NCBI RefSeq assembly: GCF_963921235.1 | Contig: NC_086097.1 | Span: 134,356,001-134,420,000 of the forward strand | Reading direction: 5' to 3' | Length of the DNA: 64,000 nt | From: Mobula hypostoma | Taxonomy: Eukaryota | In this document: positions 24,209 to 39,000 of the stretch, piece after piece | Position numbering within the stretch: position 1 is the first letter of the stretch | Layout: each line of letters begins with the position of its first letter | The notes under the pieces: generated by a model | The model's input: only the letters and a program-made list of their open reading frames with translations | The model's database searches: none | What the model was told of the DNA's origin: nothing | Made by a program: the position numbers and the translations under genes

Positions 24209-25267
24209 CAGTGCCCATAAAAAGTATTCACCCCGCCCCCCCCGTAAGTTTTCATGTTTTATTGTTTTAAAATATTGAATCACAATGGATTTAATTAGGC
24301 TTTTTTGACACTGATCAACAGAAAAAGACTCTTTTGTGTCAAAGTGATAACAGTCCTCTACAATGTGATCTAAATTAATTACAAATATAAAACACAAAAT
24401 AATTGATTGCATAAGTATTCACCCCCCCCCCCTTTAATATGACACACCAAATCATCATTGGGGCAGCCAAATAGTTTTAGATGTCACATAATTAGTTAAA
24501 TGGAGATCTGTTTTTGGAGACCTGTGCACAGTCAAGGTGCTTCAATTGATTGTAGTAAAAATACACCTGTATCTGGAAGGTCCAACTGCTGGTGAGTCGG
24601 TATCCTGACAAAAACTACATCACGAAGAAAAAGAACACTCCAAGCAATCCCACAAAAAAGTTATTGAAAAGCACAATCAGGAGATGGATACAAGAACATT
24701 TCAAAGCCGCTGAATATCCCTTGAAGTACAGGTAAGTCAATAATCAAGAAATGGAACAAATATGGCACAGCTGTAAATTTGCCTAGAGCAGGCCATCCTC
24801 AAAAACTGAGTGACCATGCAAGAAGGGGACTAATGAGGGAGGCCACCAAGAAACCTATAACAACTCTAGTTACAAGCTTCAGTAGGAGAGACTGCACATA
24901 CAACAGTTGCCTGGTTACTTCGCCAGTCGCAGCTTTATGGGAGAGTGGCAAAGAGAGAACCTTGAGTTTGTGTGGTAAACACAAACCGTGAAGCATGGTG
25001 GTGGCTGCATCATGCTGTGGGGATGCTTCGCTGCAGCAGGCCCTGGAAGGCTTGTGAAGGTAGAGGGCAAAACGAATGCAGCAAACTACAGGGAAATCCT
25101 GGAGGAAAACTTGATGTAGTCTGCAAGAGAACTGTGATTCAGGAGAAAATCTGTTTATTTTCACCTTGACACAAAAGAGGCTTTTTCTGTTGATCAGTGT
25201 CAAACTGTGATTCAATGCTGCAAAACATGAAAACTTTCAAGGGAGCTAAATACCTTTTATCGGACTG
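24209..25267 (+). mobile_element. Internally deleted Tc1/mariner (IR/DR type) DNA transposon
   Basis: TA|cagtgcccataaaaagtatt ... aataccttttatcggactg|TA. Inner DR aagtattcacccc at about 24413. Transposase remnants PRAGHPQKLSD..REATK and [14 protein letters not shown]. Confidence 0.88.
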
Positions 25268-25289
25268 TAACCAAGAACCATAATTTAGG

Positions 25290-25505
25290 CTTACACTCCC
25301 AGTGCTTTTACAGAATGCTGCACTGTCAGTGGTACTTTTCTCAACAGTGTTAAACTAAGACCCAGGTGGACAAAAAACATTGTACATTACTTCAAGAAAG
25401 AGCACAGGAGTTCATGCCAGTGCCCTTGAGTCAATACTATTCTGCAGTACAAATTATCTGGTCCGAAAGTGCATTAATGTTTGTTGGAGCTTGCAGTGAC
25501 TAACC
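25290..25505 (+). mobile_element. Deu-SINE 5' part, split by CR1 (remainder at about 28932-29000)
   Basis: gaatgctgcactgtcagtgg...gttggagcttgcagtg, then gagccatgcttcctgcactatagcagtg after the CR1 tail. Confidence 0.45.
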
Positions 25506-25507
25506 AA

Positions 25508-28500
25508 ACGTGAGAAGGATACCTGCATGGTTTGTTGCCTCCTGGGTGCCAGGGTCCGGGATGTCTCTGACTGGGTGCACGACATCCTGGTATGAGAGGG
25601 AAAGCAACCAGAAGTCGTGATACATGTTAGGACCAACGACACAGGCAGGAAGAGGGATGAGGTCCTGAAGTGTGAGTTTCGGGAACGAGGCAGAAGGCTG
25701 AAGAACAGGACCTCAAGGGTGGCGTTCTCAGGATTACTGCCAGTGCTACGTGACAGTGATGGTAAGAATTGGAGGAGATGGCAGTTGAATGCGTGGCTGA
25801 GGAGTTGGTGCAGGGAGCAGGGTTTTAGATTTTTAGATCATTGGGATCTCTTCTGGGGAAGGTGGGACCTGTACAGATTGGATGGGTTGCACCTGAACTC
25901 GAGGGGGAGCAATATCCTTGCAGGTAGGTTTGCTAGCATGGTTCGGGAGGGTTTACACTAACTTGCGAGGGGGATGGGACCCAGAGCAATGGAGCAGTGA
26001 AAGAAGTGCATGGAGTAAAGCCAGCTCTAACATACAGAGAGGCTTTGAGGAAAGAGAAGCAGAATAAGCAGTGTAAAGACAGTAAGGTAGAAGGGCTGAA
26101 ATGTGCGTACCTCAATGCAAGAAGCATCAGGAACAAAGGTGATGAACTGAGAGCTTGGATACATACATGGAAATATAATGTAGTGGCCATTACAGAGACT
26201 TGGCTGGCACCAGGGCAGGAATGGATTCTCAATATTCCTGGATTTCAGTGCTTTAAAAGGGATAGAGAGGGCGAAAAAAGGGGAGGGGGTGGCATTACTG
26301 GTCAGGAATACTATTACAGCTACAGAAAGGGTGGGTAATGTAGCAGGATCCTCTTCTGAGTCAATATGGGTGGAAGTCAGGAACAGGAAGGGAGCAGTTA
26401 CTCTATTGGGGGTATTCTATAGGCCCACTGGTAGCAGCAGAGATACAGAGTAGCAGATTGGGAGGCAGATTTTGGAAAGGTACAAAAATAACAGGGTTGT
26501 TATCATGGGTGACTTTAACTTCCCTAATATTGATTGGCACCTGATTAGTTTCAAGGGTTTAGAGGCTGCAGAGTTTGTTAAGTGTGTCCAGGACGGATTT
26601 CTGTCACAGTATGTGGACAGGCCGACCAGGGGGAATGCCATATTGGATCTAGTACTAGGTAATGAACCGGGTCAGGTCACAGATCTCTCAGTGGGTGAGC
26701 ATCTGGGGGACAGTGACCACTGCTCCCTGGCCTTTAGCATTATCATGGAAAAGGATAGAATTAGAGAGGACAGGAAAATTTTTAATTGGGGAAAGGCAAA
26801 TTATGAGGCTATAAGGCTAGAACTTGCGGGTGTGAATTGGGATGAGGTTTTTGCAGGGAAATGTACTATGGACATGCGGTCGATGTTTAGAGATCTCTTG
26901 CGGGATGTTAGGGATAAATTTGTCCCGGTGAGGAAGATAAAGTATGGTGGGGTGAAGGAACCATGGGTAACAAGTGAGGTGGAAAATCTAGTCAGGTGGA
27001 AGAAGGCAGCAGACATGAGGTTTAGGAAGCAAGGATCAGATGGGTCTATTGAGGAATATAGGGAAGCAAGAAAGGAGCTTAAGAAGGGGGCATGAGAAGG
27101 CCTTGGCGAGTAGGGTAAAGGAAAACCCCAAGGCATTCTTTAATTATGTGAAGAAAAAAAGGATGACAGGAGTGAACGTAGGACGGATTAGAGATAAAGG
27201 TGGGAAGATGTGCCTGGAGGCTGTGGAAGTGAGCGAGGTCCTCAATGAATACTTCTCTTCGGTATCACCAATGAGAGGGAACTTGATGATGGTGAGGACA
27301 ATATGAGTGAGGTTGATGTTCTGGAGCATGTTGATATTAAGGGAGAGGAGGTGTTGGAGTTGTTAAAATACATTAGGACAGATAAGTCCCCGGGGCCTGA
27401 CGGAATATTCCCCAGGCTGCTCCACGAGGCGAGAGAGGAGTTTGCTGAGCCTCTGGCTAGGATCTTTATGTCCTCGTTGTCCACGGGAATGGTACCGGAG
27501 GATTGGAGGGAGGCGAATGTTGTCCCCTTATTCAAAAAAGGTAGTAGCGATAGTCCGTGTAATTATAGACCAGTGAGCCTTACGTCTGTGGTGGGAAAGC
27601 TGTTGCAAAAGATTCTTAGTGATAGGATCTATAGGCATTTAGAGAGTCATGGTCTGATCAGGGACAGTCAGCATGGCTTTGTGAAGGGCAGAGCATGTCT
27701 AACAAGCCTGATAGAGTTCTTTGAGGAGGTGACCAGGCATATCGATGAGGGTAGTGCAGTGCATGTGATCTATATGGATTTTAGTAAGACATTTGACAAG
27801 GTTCCACATGGTAGGCTTATTCAGAAAGTTAGAAGGCATGGGATCCAGGGAAGTTTGGCCAAATGGATTCAGAATTGGCTTGCCTGCAGGAGGCAGAGGG
27901 TGGTGGTGGAGGGGGTACATTCAGATTGGAGGATTGTGACTAGTGGTGTCCCACAAGGATCTGTTCTGGGACCTCTACTTTTCGTGATTTTTGTTAACGA
28001 CCTGGATGTAGGGGTAGAAGGGTGGGTTGGCAAGTTTGCAGATGACGCAAAGGTTGGTGGTGTTATAGATAGTGTAGAAGATTGTCGAAGATTGCAGATA
28101 GACATTGATTGGATGCAGAAGTGAGCTGAGAAGTGGCAGATGGAGTTCAACCTGGAGAAGTGTGAGGTGGTACACTTTGGAAAGACAAACTCCAAGGCAG
28201 AGTACAAAGTAAATGGCAGTTTACTTGGTAGTGTGGAGGAGCAGAGGGATCTCGGGGTACATGTCCACAGATCCCTGAAAGTTGCCTCACAGGTGGATAG
28301 GGTAGTTAAGAAAGCTTATGGGGTGTTAGCTTTCATAAGTCAAGGGATAGAATTTAAGAGTCGTGATGTAATGATGCAGCTCTATAAAACTCTGGTTAGG
28401 CCACACTTGGAGTACTGTGTCCAGTTCTGGTCACCTCACTATAGGAAGGATGTGGAAGCATTGGAAAGGGTACAGAGGAGATTTACCAGGATGCTGCCTG

Positions 28501-28930
28501 GTTTAGAGAGTATGCATTATGATCAGAGATTAAGGGAGCTAGGACTTTACTCTTTGGAGAGAAGGAGGATGAGAGGAGACATGATAGAGGTGTACAAGAT
28601 AATAAGAGGAATAGATAGAGTGGATAGCCAGCACCTCTTCCCCAGGTCACCATTGCTCAATACAAGAGGACATGGCTTTAAAGTAAGGGGTGGGAAGTTC
28701 AAGGGGGATATTAGAGGAAGGTTTTTTACTCAGAGAGTGGTTGGTCCGTGGAATGCACTGCCTGAGTCAGTGGTGGAGGCAGATACACTAGTGAAGTTTA
28801 AGAGACTACTGGACAGGTATATGGAGGAATTTAAGGTGGGGGCTTATATGGGAGGCAGGGTTTGCGGGTCAGCACAACATTGTGGGCCGAAGGGCCTGTA
28901 CTGTGCTGTACTATTCTATGTTCTATGTTC
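25508..28930 (+). mobile_element. CR1 LINE with 3' half of ORF1 (SGNH esterase) and disrupted ORF2
   Basis: ORF1 IHVRTND...DGLHLNSRG (25617-25961). ORF2 YLNARSIRNK, AITETW, GDFN, SDH, NYRPVSL, GVPQGSVLGP, FADD. Tail ttctatgttctatgttc. Confidence 0.95.
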
Positions 28931-29859
28931 AAACTAGGGAGCCATGCTTCCTGCACTATAGCAGTGGTTACCCTTTTAAAATGCTTCACCAGCATGGGAA
29001 CATCTCACAATGTCCCATTCAATTTTATCAGCAAAGCATGTATTTTATTGCATTTTTGGAACAATAAAGTAGAAGTTGATCCACTTCTGTCATTTTGCCT
29101 CTTCTTTCTTATTCTTTCCTCACTCTGTCTTCTGCCTCCATGAAGTGAACCCTTGTCTTTGGTAAAAAGAAGACCCGATCCCACCTATATTGGTTTTTAA
29201 GGTAAGGAACATGAACTTGCCAGTATCTGTGTGGCAACTCTCTGACATCCCCAGGCTGTTACTCTTCAGAGGTTCCCCTTGGAAACCATTTCTGCTTCCC
29301 CTGTCTTTCCTGAATTGGCTGAGGCTAACAAGGACTTATGAGACTGCAATTTAGAAATTTTCTCAGAAAGATCATCCTTCCCTAAATGTTTACTATTGCT
29401 GATCAAGAACTTAATGTGAATGGATTCTGGAGGGTCAAATCTTGCAGCTGATATGCCTTAATTATCCCTTATTGGAAAAACATTGAGCCACAATAGTAAG
29501 AGTGCAAAAAAAATGAAATAGAGATAACATTTCCAATTAAAGGCCCTTCACAGATCATTGTTTCTGTTGCCACAGATGCTGCCTGACCTGCTAAGTTATT
29601 TCCAGTACTGTGTTTTTATTTCAGACTGTGCAATATATTTAATTTTCAGTATTAAAGAGTGTGGTACTCTCTCCCTTGATATTCATTATCTTCCTTTAGT
29701 AATTCAAAGAGGAGGAAAAGACAGGAATATAAAAATGTATTTCTTAAACCTCTGTTATGTTCTTTTATTAGATGTATCTGAACTTGCAAATCACCTTATG
29801 TGTTTCCCATCTGACAAGGATTCAATTTTTAAATTATCAACCTTTTTTTTTAGTAATCC

Positions 29860-30205
29860 CTACGTGACTCTCATCTGCCTCGTCCCTGTAACCTCCTCCA
29901 GATGTACAACCTGGCAAGATCCTCATGCTCCTCCTATTCAGGCCTCTTGATCATCTGCCAAGTTTACTTCTTCCACTATTGGCAGCTGTTGCTTCAGTTG
30001 CCAAACCCCTAAGCTCTGGAATTCCCTTCCAAAACCTTAACATTTTACTTCTTTAAAACACTCCTTCAAAACCACTTATGACCAAGCTCTTAGTCATCTG
30101 GCCTGACAACACTCTCTGTAGTTCACTGTCAAAAATATTTTATTTTGATAATACATCCTGAGTATCTTAAGACTTCCAGCTACATTAAAGGCGCTATGTA
30201 AATGA
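29860..30205 (+). mobile_element. L2 LINE 3' end (old)
   Basis: gcttcagttgccaaacccctaagctctggaattccct...aaaacactccttcaaaacc...taaaggcgctatgtaaatg, typical of an L2 3' end. Confidence 0.55.
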
Positions 30206-30559
30206 AGAGTCTTGATGCAGGGTCTTGACCCAAAATCTCAACCACCTTTTTGCCTCTACTGATGTGCTTGAGTTCCTCCAGCAGGTTGTTTCTTGGTAAA
30301 AATGCAAGTAGTCATTTCACGTAATTACCTTTTTCCTAAGAATCTTTAGAGCACAAGTTGTGAAATTAATATAAGAATTGTGAAATAATTTACATCTAAT
30401 GTTGTTTGGTCATTCTAAGCATTCATCATTCAATGTGGTATTCCACTCAAATAAGTAATTATTATACAATGTGGTAATTGTTTCCATTCTTAATCCAGGT
30501 CCTTATTGCATTAATCTATGTAGTAAATACTGCATATTATACAACCAGATACTTTTAAT

Positions 30560-30868
30560 GGCATAGTGACGCAGTTAGTAGAACTACTGCCTCACAGTGC
30601 AAGAGGCAGAGACTCAATGCTGACCTTGGATGCTCTGGTTCTCCCCATGACCCCACAGTTTCCTCCCACTAACTATTCTGATCTATAGATCAAAAGATTT
30701 ATTGGCCATTGTAAATTGCTCCTCCTGTGTGGAAAAGTAATCAAATCTTGGGGAAGTTGATGTGAATTTGAGGGGAATTAAAATAAAATGGGTCGTAGGG
30801 TTAGTATAAGTGGGTTGGCGTAGACGATGCGGGCTAAAACGTCTGTTTCCATCCCTCTATAACTCTAC
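30560..30868 (+). mobile_element. V-SINE-like element
   Basis: Head ggcatagtgacgcagttagtagaactactgcctcacag; CR1-like tail cctctataactcta. Confidence 0.6.
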
Positions 30869-32589
30869 AACAGTTCCGTGAATCAATTGTACTTAAAAAC
30901 TTGCATCATCAGCTCCTTTGCCATTAAATTCTCTCCTGACTTCCACCCATCCCTCTCTCCTCTTTTCCCTTCCTCTCTCTAGGCTTGCTTGAACATCTGC
31001 TATATTTTCAGCACTGGTGAAAGATCAGTGACCTCAAAGATTAATTCAATTTCTCTCTTCAGAAATGTTGTCTGATCTAACAAACACTTCCAGCAGTTTT
31101 TTTCTGCTCCTGTTTCCAAATTCTACAGTTTTTTGCCTTTGAAACCACGACAGGAGCTACTGTTAAAGCATCAGTCTGAGTATGCTTATAACTACTGTAG
31201 GATGAATTGATCCTGTTAAAATAACTCAAGCTGCATGCAAAGGATAGACACCACAAAACTGAAACAAAACTCAAACACTCAGTAATCCCTAAAATGCAGG
31301 GAATGATTCAACATGCAAATATCATTGACTGCTCATCCTTTAGATACCTAAACAGATTCAGGTCATCAGGTCTTTAAGTTTTTGAATTACAGCAAGTAGT
31401 TTTAATTCCTGAAGAGCATCAAAACTGATGTGTTGGAATAACTGAGTACAGAGCTAAATGAAAAATACATATCAACAATTTTCACTTATGTTGTCACTTT
31501 AACTCAGTAAAATGTACCAAGGCATCTCAGCGGATCATTAACAGCTAATATCTGAATTCAGCATTCAAATGCACTGGTAAGAGAGAAGGACAAAGGTACA
31601 GGACATACAATATTTAAATGTACATAAACTGGATGGGAAAGTGGGAAATTACTAGACAAATTATTGTATTAAAAGCAGATGCTTTAACAGTGGCTTATGT
31701 GGTGGTTTAAAAAGCAAAATACTGCAGAAATCAGAAATAGGAGCCAGAAATACTGCTGCAAATGTTCATTGGGCCAGATAGCATTTGACAAAAGAGAGAC
31801 ACAATTAACGTTTGAGGTCAGTGATCTGCCATCACAACCAGAATTGGTTTTATTATCACTGACATATGACTTGAAATGTGTTTTTGTGCGGCAGCAATAG
31901 GGTGCAAAAGCATAAAGTGACTATAAATGACAAAAATGAGTAGTGCAAGAGGGAGAAAAGGGAATAACGAGGTAGTGTTCATGGCCTGTTCAGGAATCTG
32001 TTTGTAGAAAAGGAAAAGGAAAAGGCAGTGGGATAACAGAAACCTACCACTTTAACCTAGTACAACGTGCAAAGGTACTTTTCAGGTACAGAATCAGACT
32101 GGGGCACACAAGTACCTACTTGCAAGTTGACCAACAATTTGATCAATGAGCTAGGTTTTCAGGATCCATCTGAAGGACAAGAGGCCAACAGATAGTGAGT
32201 GTAGGGCAGGAACTCCTTTTCAGCTCCCATGCAACTGATTCCACAATGGGGGAAGCAAAGGAAATCAGGACTTCACAAGAAACCACATGAGTCAGGGTGT
32301 TACAGAGATGTCAGGGGATTGTAGGGTTGGAGGAAATATGGAGATATTAGTGGATGAAATCATGGAGGGATTCAAACACAGAGATGAGATCCTGCTGAGT
32401 ATTTGTTCAATGTGAATGATAGGCAAACAGAACTTAGTGTGGGCTGGGATCAAGGAGCAGAGTCTCACTCACACTCCTATAAGTTTTGGTACTGTAGAAT
32501 CATAGTCCATCCCTACCCTATTATGTTATCATTAGACCACACCATCAATAGCTTAGATGGTAGTTTGGTCATTCTGAATCAAACCCCTC

Positions 32590-32900
32590 CAGATTTTAAG
32601 TTCACTCAAATCCCAAGCAGACAAATCCAACATGGCACTGAGGGAGTGATGCACTGGAAAAGGCGTTACCTTTCAGAGAGGATGCTAAATCTGAAGGCTC
32701 TGCTGCTCACTCAAGTAGGAGATCCCATAGCTCTAAAGAGGAGAGGAGTTTTCCCTTGTACACCCACTAATTTTAATCTCTCATGCAACATCTCTGAAAC
32801 AGAGCACCTGACTGCTACTAAATTCCTGATTTTGGGAGTTCGCTCATTTCCTACAGGACAGCTTAACTGACTGCAAAGTCCTTTTGGATCATGAAAGTGA
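32590..32900 (+). mobile_element. Deu-SINE (SacSINE1-like)
   Basis: cactgagggagtgatgcactgg...tttcagagaggatgctaaa...gaggagaggagttttcc. Confidence 0.45.
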
Positions 32901-35900
32901 TGTGATTTTTTTTAATATATAAGTGTAATTCATTTATTTTGATGAGAGCAAAGAATATAAGGAAGGGAAAATGTCAAAATTTATTTTAACAAAATAAGGT
33001 TACAAATATGAGCAGGAGTTAAGTTTCCCACCAAAACATATTAAAAGTAGTTTTGAAATAGAGAGATTAAATACCAGATATTGTTCAGAGTCAAGTATTG
33101 ATCCCTTTGTTTGGCTTCCACAATAAGAATCACATATTTCCATGTACAACATAAAACTGTATCTTCTTATAATGAGATAAAAATGGTTAAAAAGGAACAC
33201 ACAAAAAATGTATCATTTTTCTTCCTCTGAACTTTTCCCAGAACAGAACCAGATAAACCAGAGTGTTGCTTTTGTAAGGTAAACAGTGATTTACTGGAGA
33301 TAACCACAGGAGTGAGTGAAGGTCAGCAATAAGATGATGCCGCAGCTTAAGCAAGGTGCATAATATTGAGCACGCTCATTCTTCTTAAGCCACATCAGGC
33401 CACCCCAGCAGGAACTTTACAGAAAGTGTCTTTGGTAAGATATTCTGGTTGAAGAGTACTGCAAGAAAGCTTACTCAGCTGCTTTCTCATCAGAAATAAA
33501 ATGAATTTTAAAAATGGTTGATTTTTATTCATGCTTAGAGAACTTGAATACAGCAGTACAATAGCCTGTGGCAGATTGGTAATGCAGAATGATAAGTAGA
33601 TTAGTAAAATGAAGACACATGAAAATGGATTCTGAGGATAAATGGAAGAAAACCTATATTAAAATGCCAGAATAACTACAAAACAAAAACCCTCATGAAT
33701 GTAAACATTGGATATAACCAGCATACTAGTTGCAGACGTAAAATAAAACAGTGGATTCCATGGCTCATTTCACTCAACAAACTATCAAATAGTATTTGAT
33801 TATGCTCAAAATTCACAAAACAAATTGATGCAATATTGTCAGCTGCATAAGCTCAGCCTAACAAGGAACATATCCATAACGCATGGAACAGCAAGAAAAC
33901 AAATTGATTATATCATTTGTAAAGCACAGGGGATGCAAATTATAAACCTGGAGATATTAAAGCATTATTTTTTGATACACCATTGAAATTAACACAATAA
34001 AACAAATGCCTTTATGCTTTCATTGTATTTTTTAAGCTGTTGGAGTATTTCCATTGCTGGTATCCAGTTTGTGTTCAGTTTTATACCTTTTTTTGCTGGC
34101 TATTTCTTTATGTATGCATTTGATGCAAATCTAAATAAGAACTGCTTCACAACTTTTAGAAAGGATTTTTTATAATAAATGAGGAAATAAAAAAGGCAAT
34201 CAAACTTTGGGGAAGCTAAATCAAGCAGGACTGTTTTATAAAAAGCTGAAAAAAACATTTAAAAATATCCCATAGAGTTTCAGAAAGTTGCACATATTTT
34301 GTACAATCTTTTGTTCTTTGGAATTCTTACAAATGTCTTCCTTTAACAGAATATATGATGTTCCCGAAAGACACCTCCCCATTTCTATTCTCTTCAACTC
34401 CTGTGAGCCCTTGTTCTGTGTGATAAAGCAATCTCCTTGGGGATCTGAGCTGTGTAGTTTTTGCAATTCGAGTGACAAGGACTCGACTTGAATAACTGCT
34501 GTGTGCAGGTTGTAATTATGTCAGCTGGAGCATTGAACAAGGGGGTTGATTAATGTGATCCCCTGCCCAGAGATGGTCCCCATCAAAACCTTACCTCAGA
34601 CCAGCACGAGGGATGGGTTAAACTGCAAAGAAATGAGGATGACATGGGGGCAGGTGGTGGTGGGGGAATAAGGACAAACTAACTACACGACAGAGGAATT
34701 GCTGGAACACACTTCAGGCAGATACTCATGAACAATATAATATACAATTACTAGCCCTTATCACCTTTGCTGGTACAATAAAAGTAAGGCTACTAGAGCT
34801 CATTTGAGTGAAGTTAGTTCCCGCTATACTGGAACAACTCGCCAACATGTCAGACAATGAGCATTCCCTGACTCAACATGAGAAACACCCAGCACTCAGG
34901 AGTTACAGGATCAATTTAATGAAGTCAAATCCTGTTGATCTGAATCTACTTTGTGAATTTGACTTTGAACAGAAGTAAGGCAGATTATCTTTGTTTTCTT
35001 CAAGAATGACAAAAAAAATTAAAGAAAAAAATTGGTAAAATTACACAAGGCAGAAGCTGAGAATAATAACTGTTTAACATAATTCACTGTGGGGCAATCA
35101 ATGATTGGCAAAAAGTTAATCCCACATACAGCATTGAAATGCAAACTAAAGTGGAATGCCATCTAGTGGGAAGCATGTCCACGAAGAATTTTGAAAATGT
35201 TTTCTTGTAATAATTGGAGAGTGTGTGTGTGTGTGTGACTTGATTCGTTTGTTTTTTCATAGCAAGATGTTCTATTCACCACACTCACTCTCTTCCAAAT
35301 TTTTTTTCTTCCTCTGTCAATCAATACCTGGCGCCACACTAAAAACTTGCATTTACATAGTGCCTTTAACATTATGAAACATCAGATGGTGGCTGATTAA
35401 AGTGTTAGTAGACAAAGGCTGACATACTAAGCCACATAAGAAGATACAGTAAAACTCTGATAAGACACCATGCTCAGGACTTTGGTGGAAATAGATTGGT
35501 GGATTTTCCAGGTTACTGGATGTTATTCTTATGAATAATCCAACGTCCTTTTAATTCACCTTTTAAGGTGTTACACAATGTTGTAATGAATTTTCCAGTG
35601 AATCAGTTAAGCTTCAAGGGCAGAAAGAACTGAAGGATAGAACAAGAGAGAAAGAGTGAGAGAGAGTGTGAGTAGCAGCAAGAGAGTGCAAGAACAAATT
35701 TCAGAGCTTGGTGTCCAGACAATTAAAGGCATAGCTACTAAATATGAAGAAAATCAAATGATGTACAGTAAGCTAGAACTTATAAAATGCAGGTTTCTGT
35801 GTTGCTGTGAATTGAGGTGACAGAGATTGAGATGTGCAAGATCTTTTAGAGGATCTAAGATGGATAGGAGATGATGCCAGTATAAATCGGCAAGCAAATA

Positions 35901-36109
35901 AGGGATAGACAAGCAGTTCATGGTGCAATTCAGACAAATACAGCCAGAGAGGGTACAAGGTGCGAGGCAGGTAAGGTCAACACTGGAATATTGCAAGAAA
36001 TATCTAAACTGCACCTAGATAGCAGATGCTAAAATGCTATTCAATCACATTGACATGGCAACTAACTCCAATCCAGGATGTCCTCTCAATAGGGAGATGG
36101 TAGCGTAGA

Positions 36110-37075
36110 AGAATACAGAGCACAAGAAAATAGGAGCAGGAGCGACTTGTTAGGCTCCTCAACTCAAAACAATCAAGAATAATCTATACTGGCTTCAATT
36201 CCCATTCTGTGCTAATAACCCTCAATTCCTCAGTCTTTTGAATATTTACTTTTAAATATATCTATCGATCTGGACTCCACCACCCTCAGGGTGTTGAGAA
36301 TAGGATCACCCCACATACTTGTAAACTCCAAGGGTTACAAATCCAAACTTATTGAGCTTCTCTTGACAGACCAACCCTTTCATCACAGGAAGTGTTTTGG
36401 TGAATCTCCCGTGGACTGCTAACCGAACACTGAATAAATATCATGTACAGGTACCAAACAGCAAGGATTTTGCTGAGATTACCTCCGAGACTGCTGGTTC
36501 AATCAATGAAGGATTACAAAAAATATCAAAATATTTTTGCTTTAGCAATGCTTCCTAAAAGAACCACTTCATTGTAGTTCTACAAAATCATTTATGACAT
36601 CAACATTCTCATGCATGCTAAAACACAATTAAAACATCTGTAAGAACTTACCAATATGTATTGGGCACGGTCAAACAGAAGTTAAGTATTAAGATTTTCT
36701 AAATAGGATGCTGTACTTTTCTCTGGGAAAGCAAACATTGAGAGTGAACTGCTGGAGTTTTTTAAGTTATAGAAGTGTTCAAAGGGTGAACAGATTTTAT
36801 CACTTAAGTCCAATATTAAGGAGCTGAAATACAAGATAGTGTCTAACAGGTCTAACAGGAAATTCCAAAGAGGGGTCAGAATGTGAAACTTGGTAGCACA
36901 TAGAATAGTTGAGGAAAGCAACATGAATCCATTTAAGGAAAAAAAAACAGATAACTACTATACATGAGAGAAAAAGAAAGACATAGAACAATGTGTTGAT
37001 AGAGGAAGACGAGGTTGCATTGGAGAAAACTCAGGTGGAACACTGAGTAGCTTGTTCTAGTGTTGTAAATTCAAT
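36110..37075. mobile_element. Old CR1 3' fragments (minus about 36110-36420; plus about 36700-37075)
   Basis: cacaagaaaataggagcaggag tail and degenerate similarity to the young CR1 3' ends. Confidence 0.5.
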
Positions 37076-38099
37076 GTATTCCTCAGCAATTTATTCAAAG
37101 GATTGATAAGCGCTTGACAAAAATTGTGTAGGTTTAGTGAAAGAACTATAAAAGATAAAAAGTTCAAAGTCATATTATAACATAAATATGCGACCAGTTC
37201 TAATGCACTACTTCAGTCTTAAAATCCAATGCCTAGTAAGTCATCCTTTCCTAACTCTAGTTAGAGTAAGAGGACTGTATTCTAATCTGCTTCCAAAACT
37301 CATTCCCATTGAAATTAATGAAACCAGATTTTAAAACAGTAGAACATGATGCTGCTAATATTCAGAGCACTTGGCGCTAGTGACTGTACAAATTATGGAG
37401 CTGTAGTATTCTTCAGGACTGATGGAAGAAAAATGACAAAAAATCATTCCGGATAGGAAATATATTCTATTGAAATTATTTTCCTGGGTTGCATCATCTG
37501 ATTTGTCAGTACACTCAGTGGTATTTACATTTCAGAATAATACACCAAAAGCATTTTGGAACTTGACAAGTTGTACAACAACATACAACAATGCTCCATC
37601 TAATTTTTTTTACAGCCGCATGGACCAACCGTTGCTTTGAGCAGGAAATTTCTTACACGGTCTGAAAACTGTGCAGCATTTAAATTTTTTTTGTAATATG
37701 CATACTATGATGATTCAGAATGAAAACTGAAAAATCACATACTTTTGATTTTATTTATTAATTCAAGGGTATAATGAAATACAGTACAAAGAAAATCTTT
37801 CACATTTCATAAACTTTTTCTCATCTGTCTTTATTACAAATCCATTGTCTATTAATACTGTCCTGATTAATTTTGCATCCAGAAAAAAGATATCTCCTAA
37901 TCTTCATGTACCTATGAATTATCCAGTTAAAATGTCATTTTAAGTCATCTGACTTCCAATCTTGCCATTTTTTTTACGCTACTGAACTTGTCCCCAACTT
38001 TCACTTCCACGCAAGTGGTGCACACAGCATCGCCAGTATCCTGATATGTAAAAATATTGCCACTTTTAATTTTTTGTTTTGATACAAAGACAGTAGCTC

Positions 38100-39000
38100 A
38101 GAATCAGAATCAGGTTTACTACCACTGGCATATGTCATAAAATTTGTCAACTTTATAGCAGCAGTACAACAAAATATATGACAGATATAGAAAAAAGTGA
38201 ATTAAAATAAGCATAAATGTGTCTATTAAATAGTTAAGTTAAAATATGTAGTGCAAAACAAAAACAGAAATATAAAAATAGTGAGGTCGTGTTCATGGGT
38301 TCAATGTGCATTTAGAAATCGCATGGCAAAGAGGAAGACGCTATTTCTAAATCACTGAGTTTGTGCCTTCAGGCTTTTGTACCACCTTCCTGACAGTAAC
38401 AATGAGAAGAGGGCATGTCCTGGGTGGTGGGGATTCTTAATGATGGACACCACCTTTCTAAGGCGCTGCTCCTTGAAGATGTCTTGGATACTACGGAGGC
38501 TAGTATCCATAACAGAGCCAACTAATTTTACAAGTTTCTGCAACTTACTTCGATTTTGTACAGTAGCCACCGCCCCCCCCCCATACTAGACAGTGATGCA
38601 ACCAGTTAGAATGCTCTCCACAATACATTTGGAGAAGTTTTGAGTGTTCTAATTGACAAACCAAATCTCCTCAAATTCCAAATGAAATATAGCTGTCATC
38701 TTGCCTTCTTGAGAGCTGCATCGATATGTTATGTCCAGGTTAGGTCCTCAGAGATATTGATACTCAGGAACTTGAAATTGCTTACTCTCTCCACTTCAGA
38801 TCCCTCCATGAGAATTGGTTTGTGTTCCCTCATCTTACCCTTCCTGAAGTCCACAATCAACTCTTTGGTCTTACTGATGTTGACTGCAAGATCATTGCTG
38901 CAACATCACTCAACTAGCTGGTATATCTCACTCCTATATGCCCTTTCGTCACTATCGGAAATTCTGCCAGCCATGGTTGTATCATCAGCAAATTTATACT
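38100..39000 (-). mobile_element. Rex1/Babar LINE 3' fragment
   Basis: YKFADDTTMAGRISDSDERAYRSEI and IIKNPHHPGHALFSLL; (GATTCT)n tail. Confidence 0.85.

Noticed and set aside
35447..35600. Possible Tigger/pogo-like TIR (TA|cagtaaaactc)
   Set aside because: No partner TIR found.
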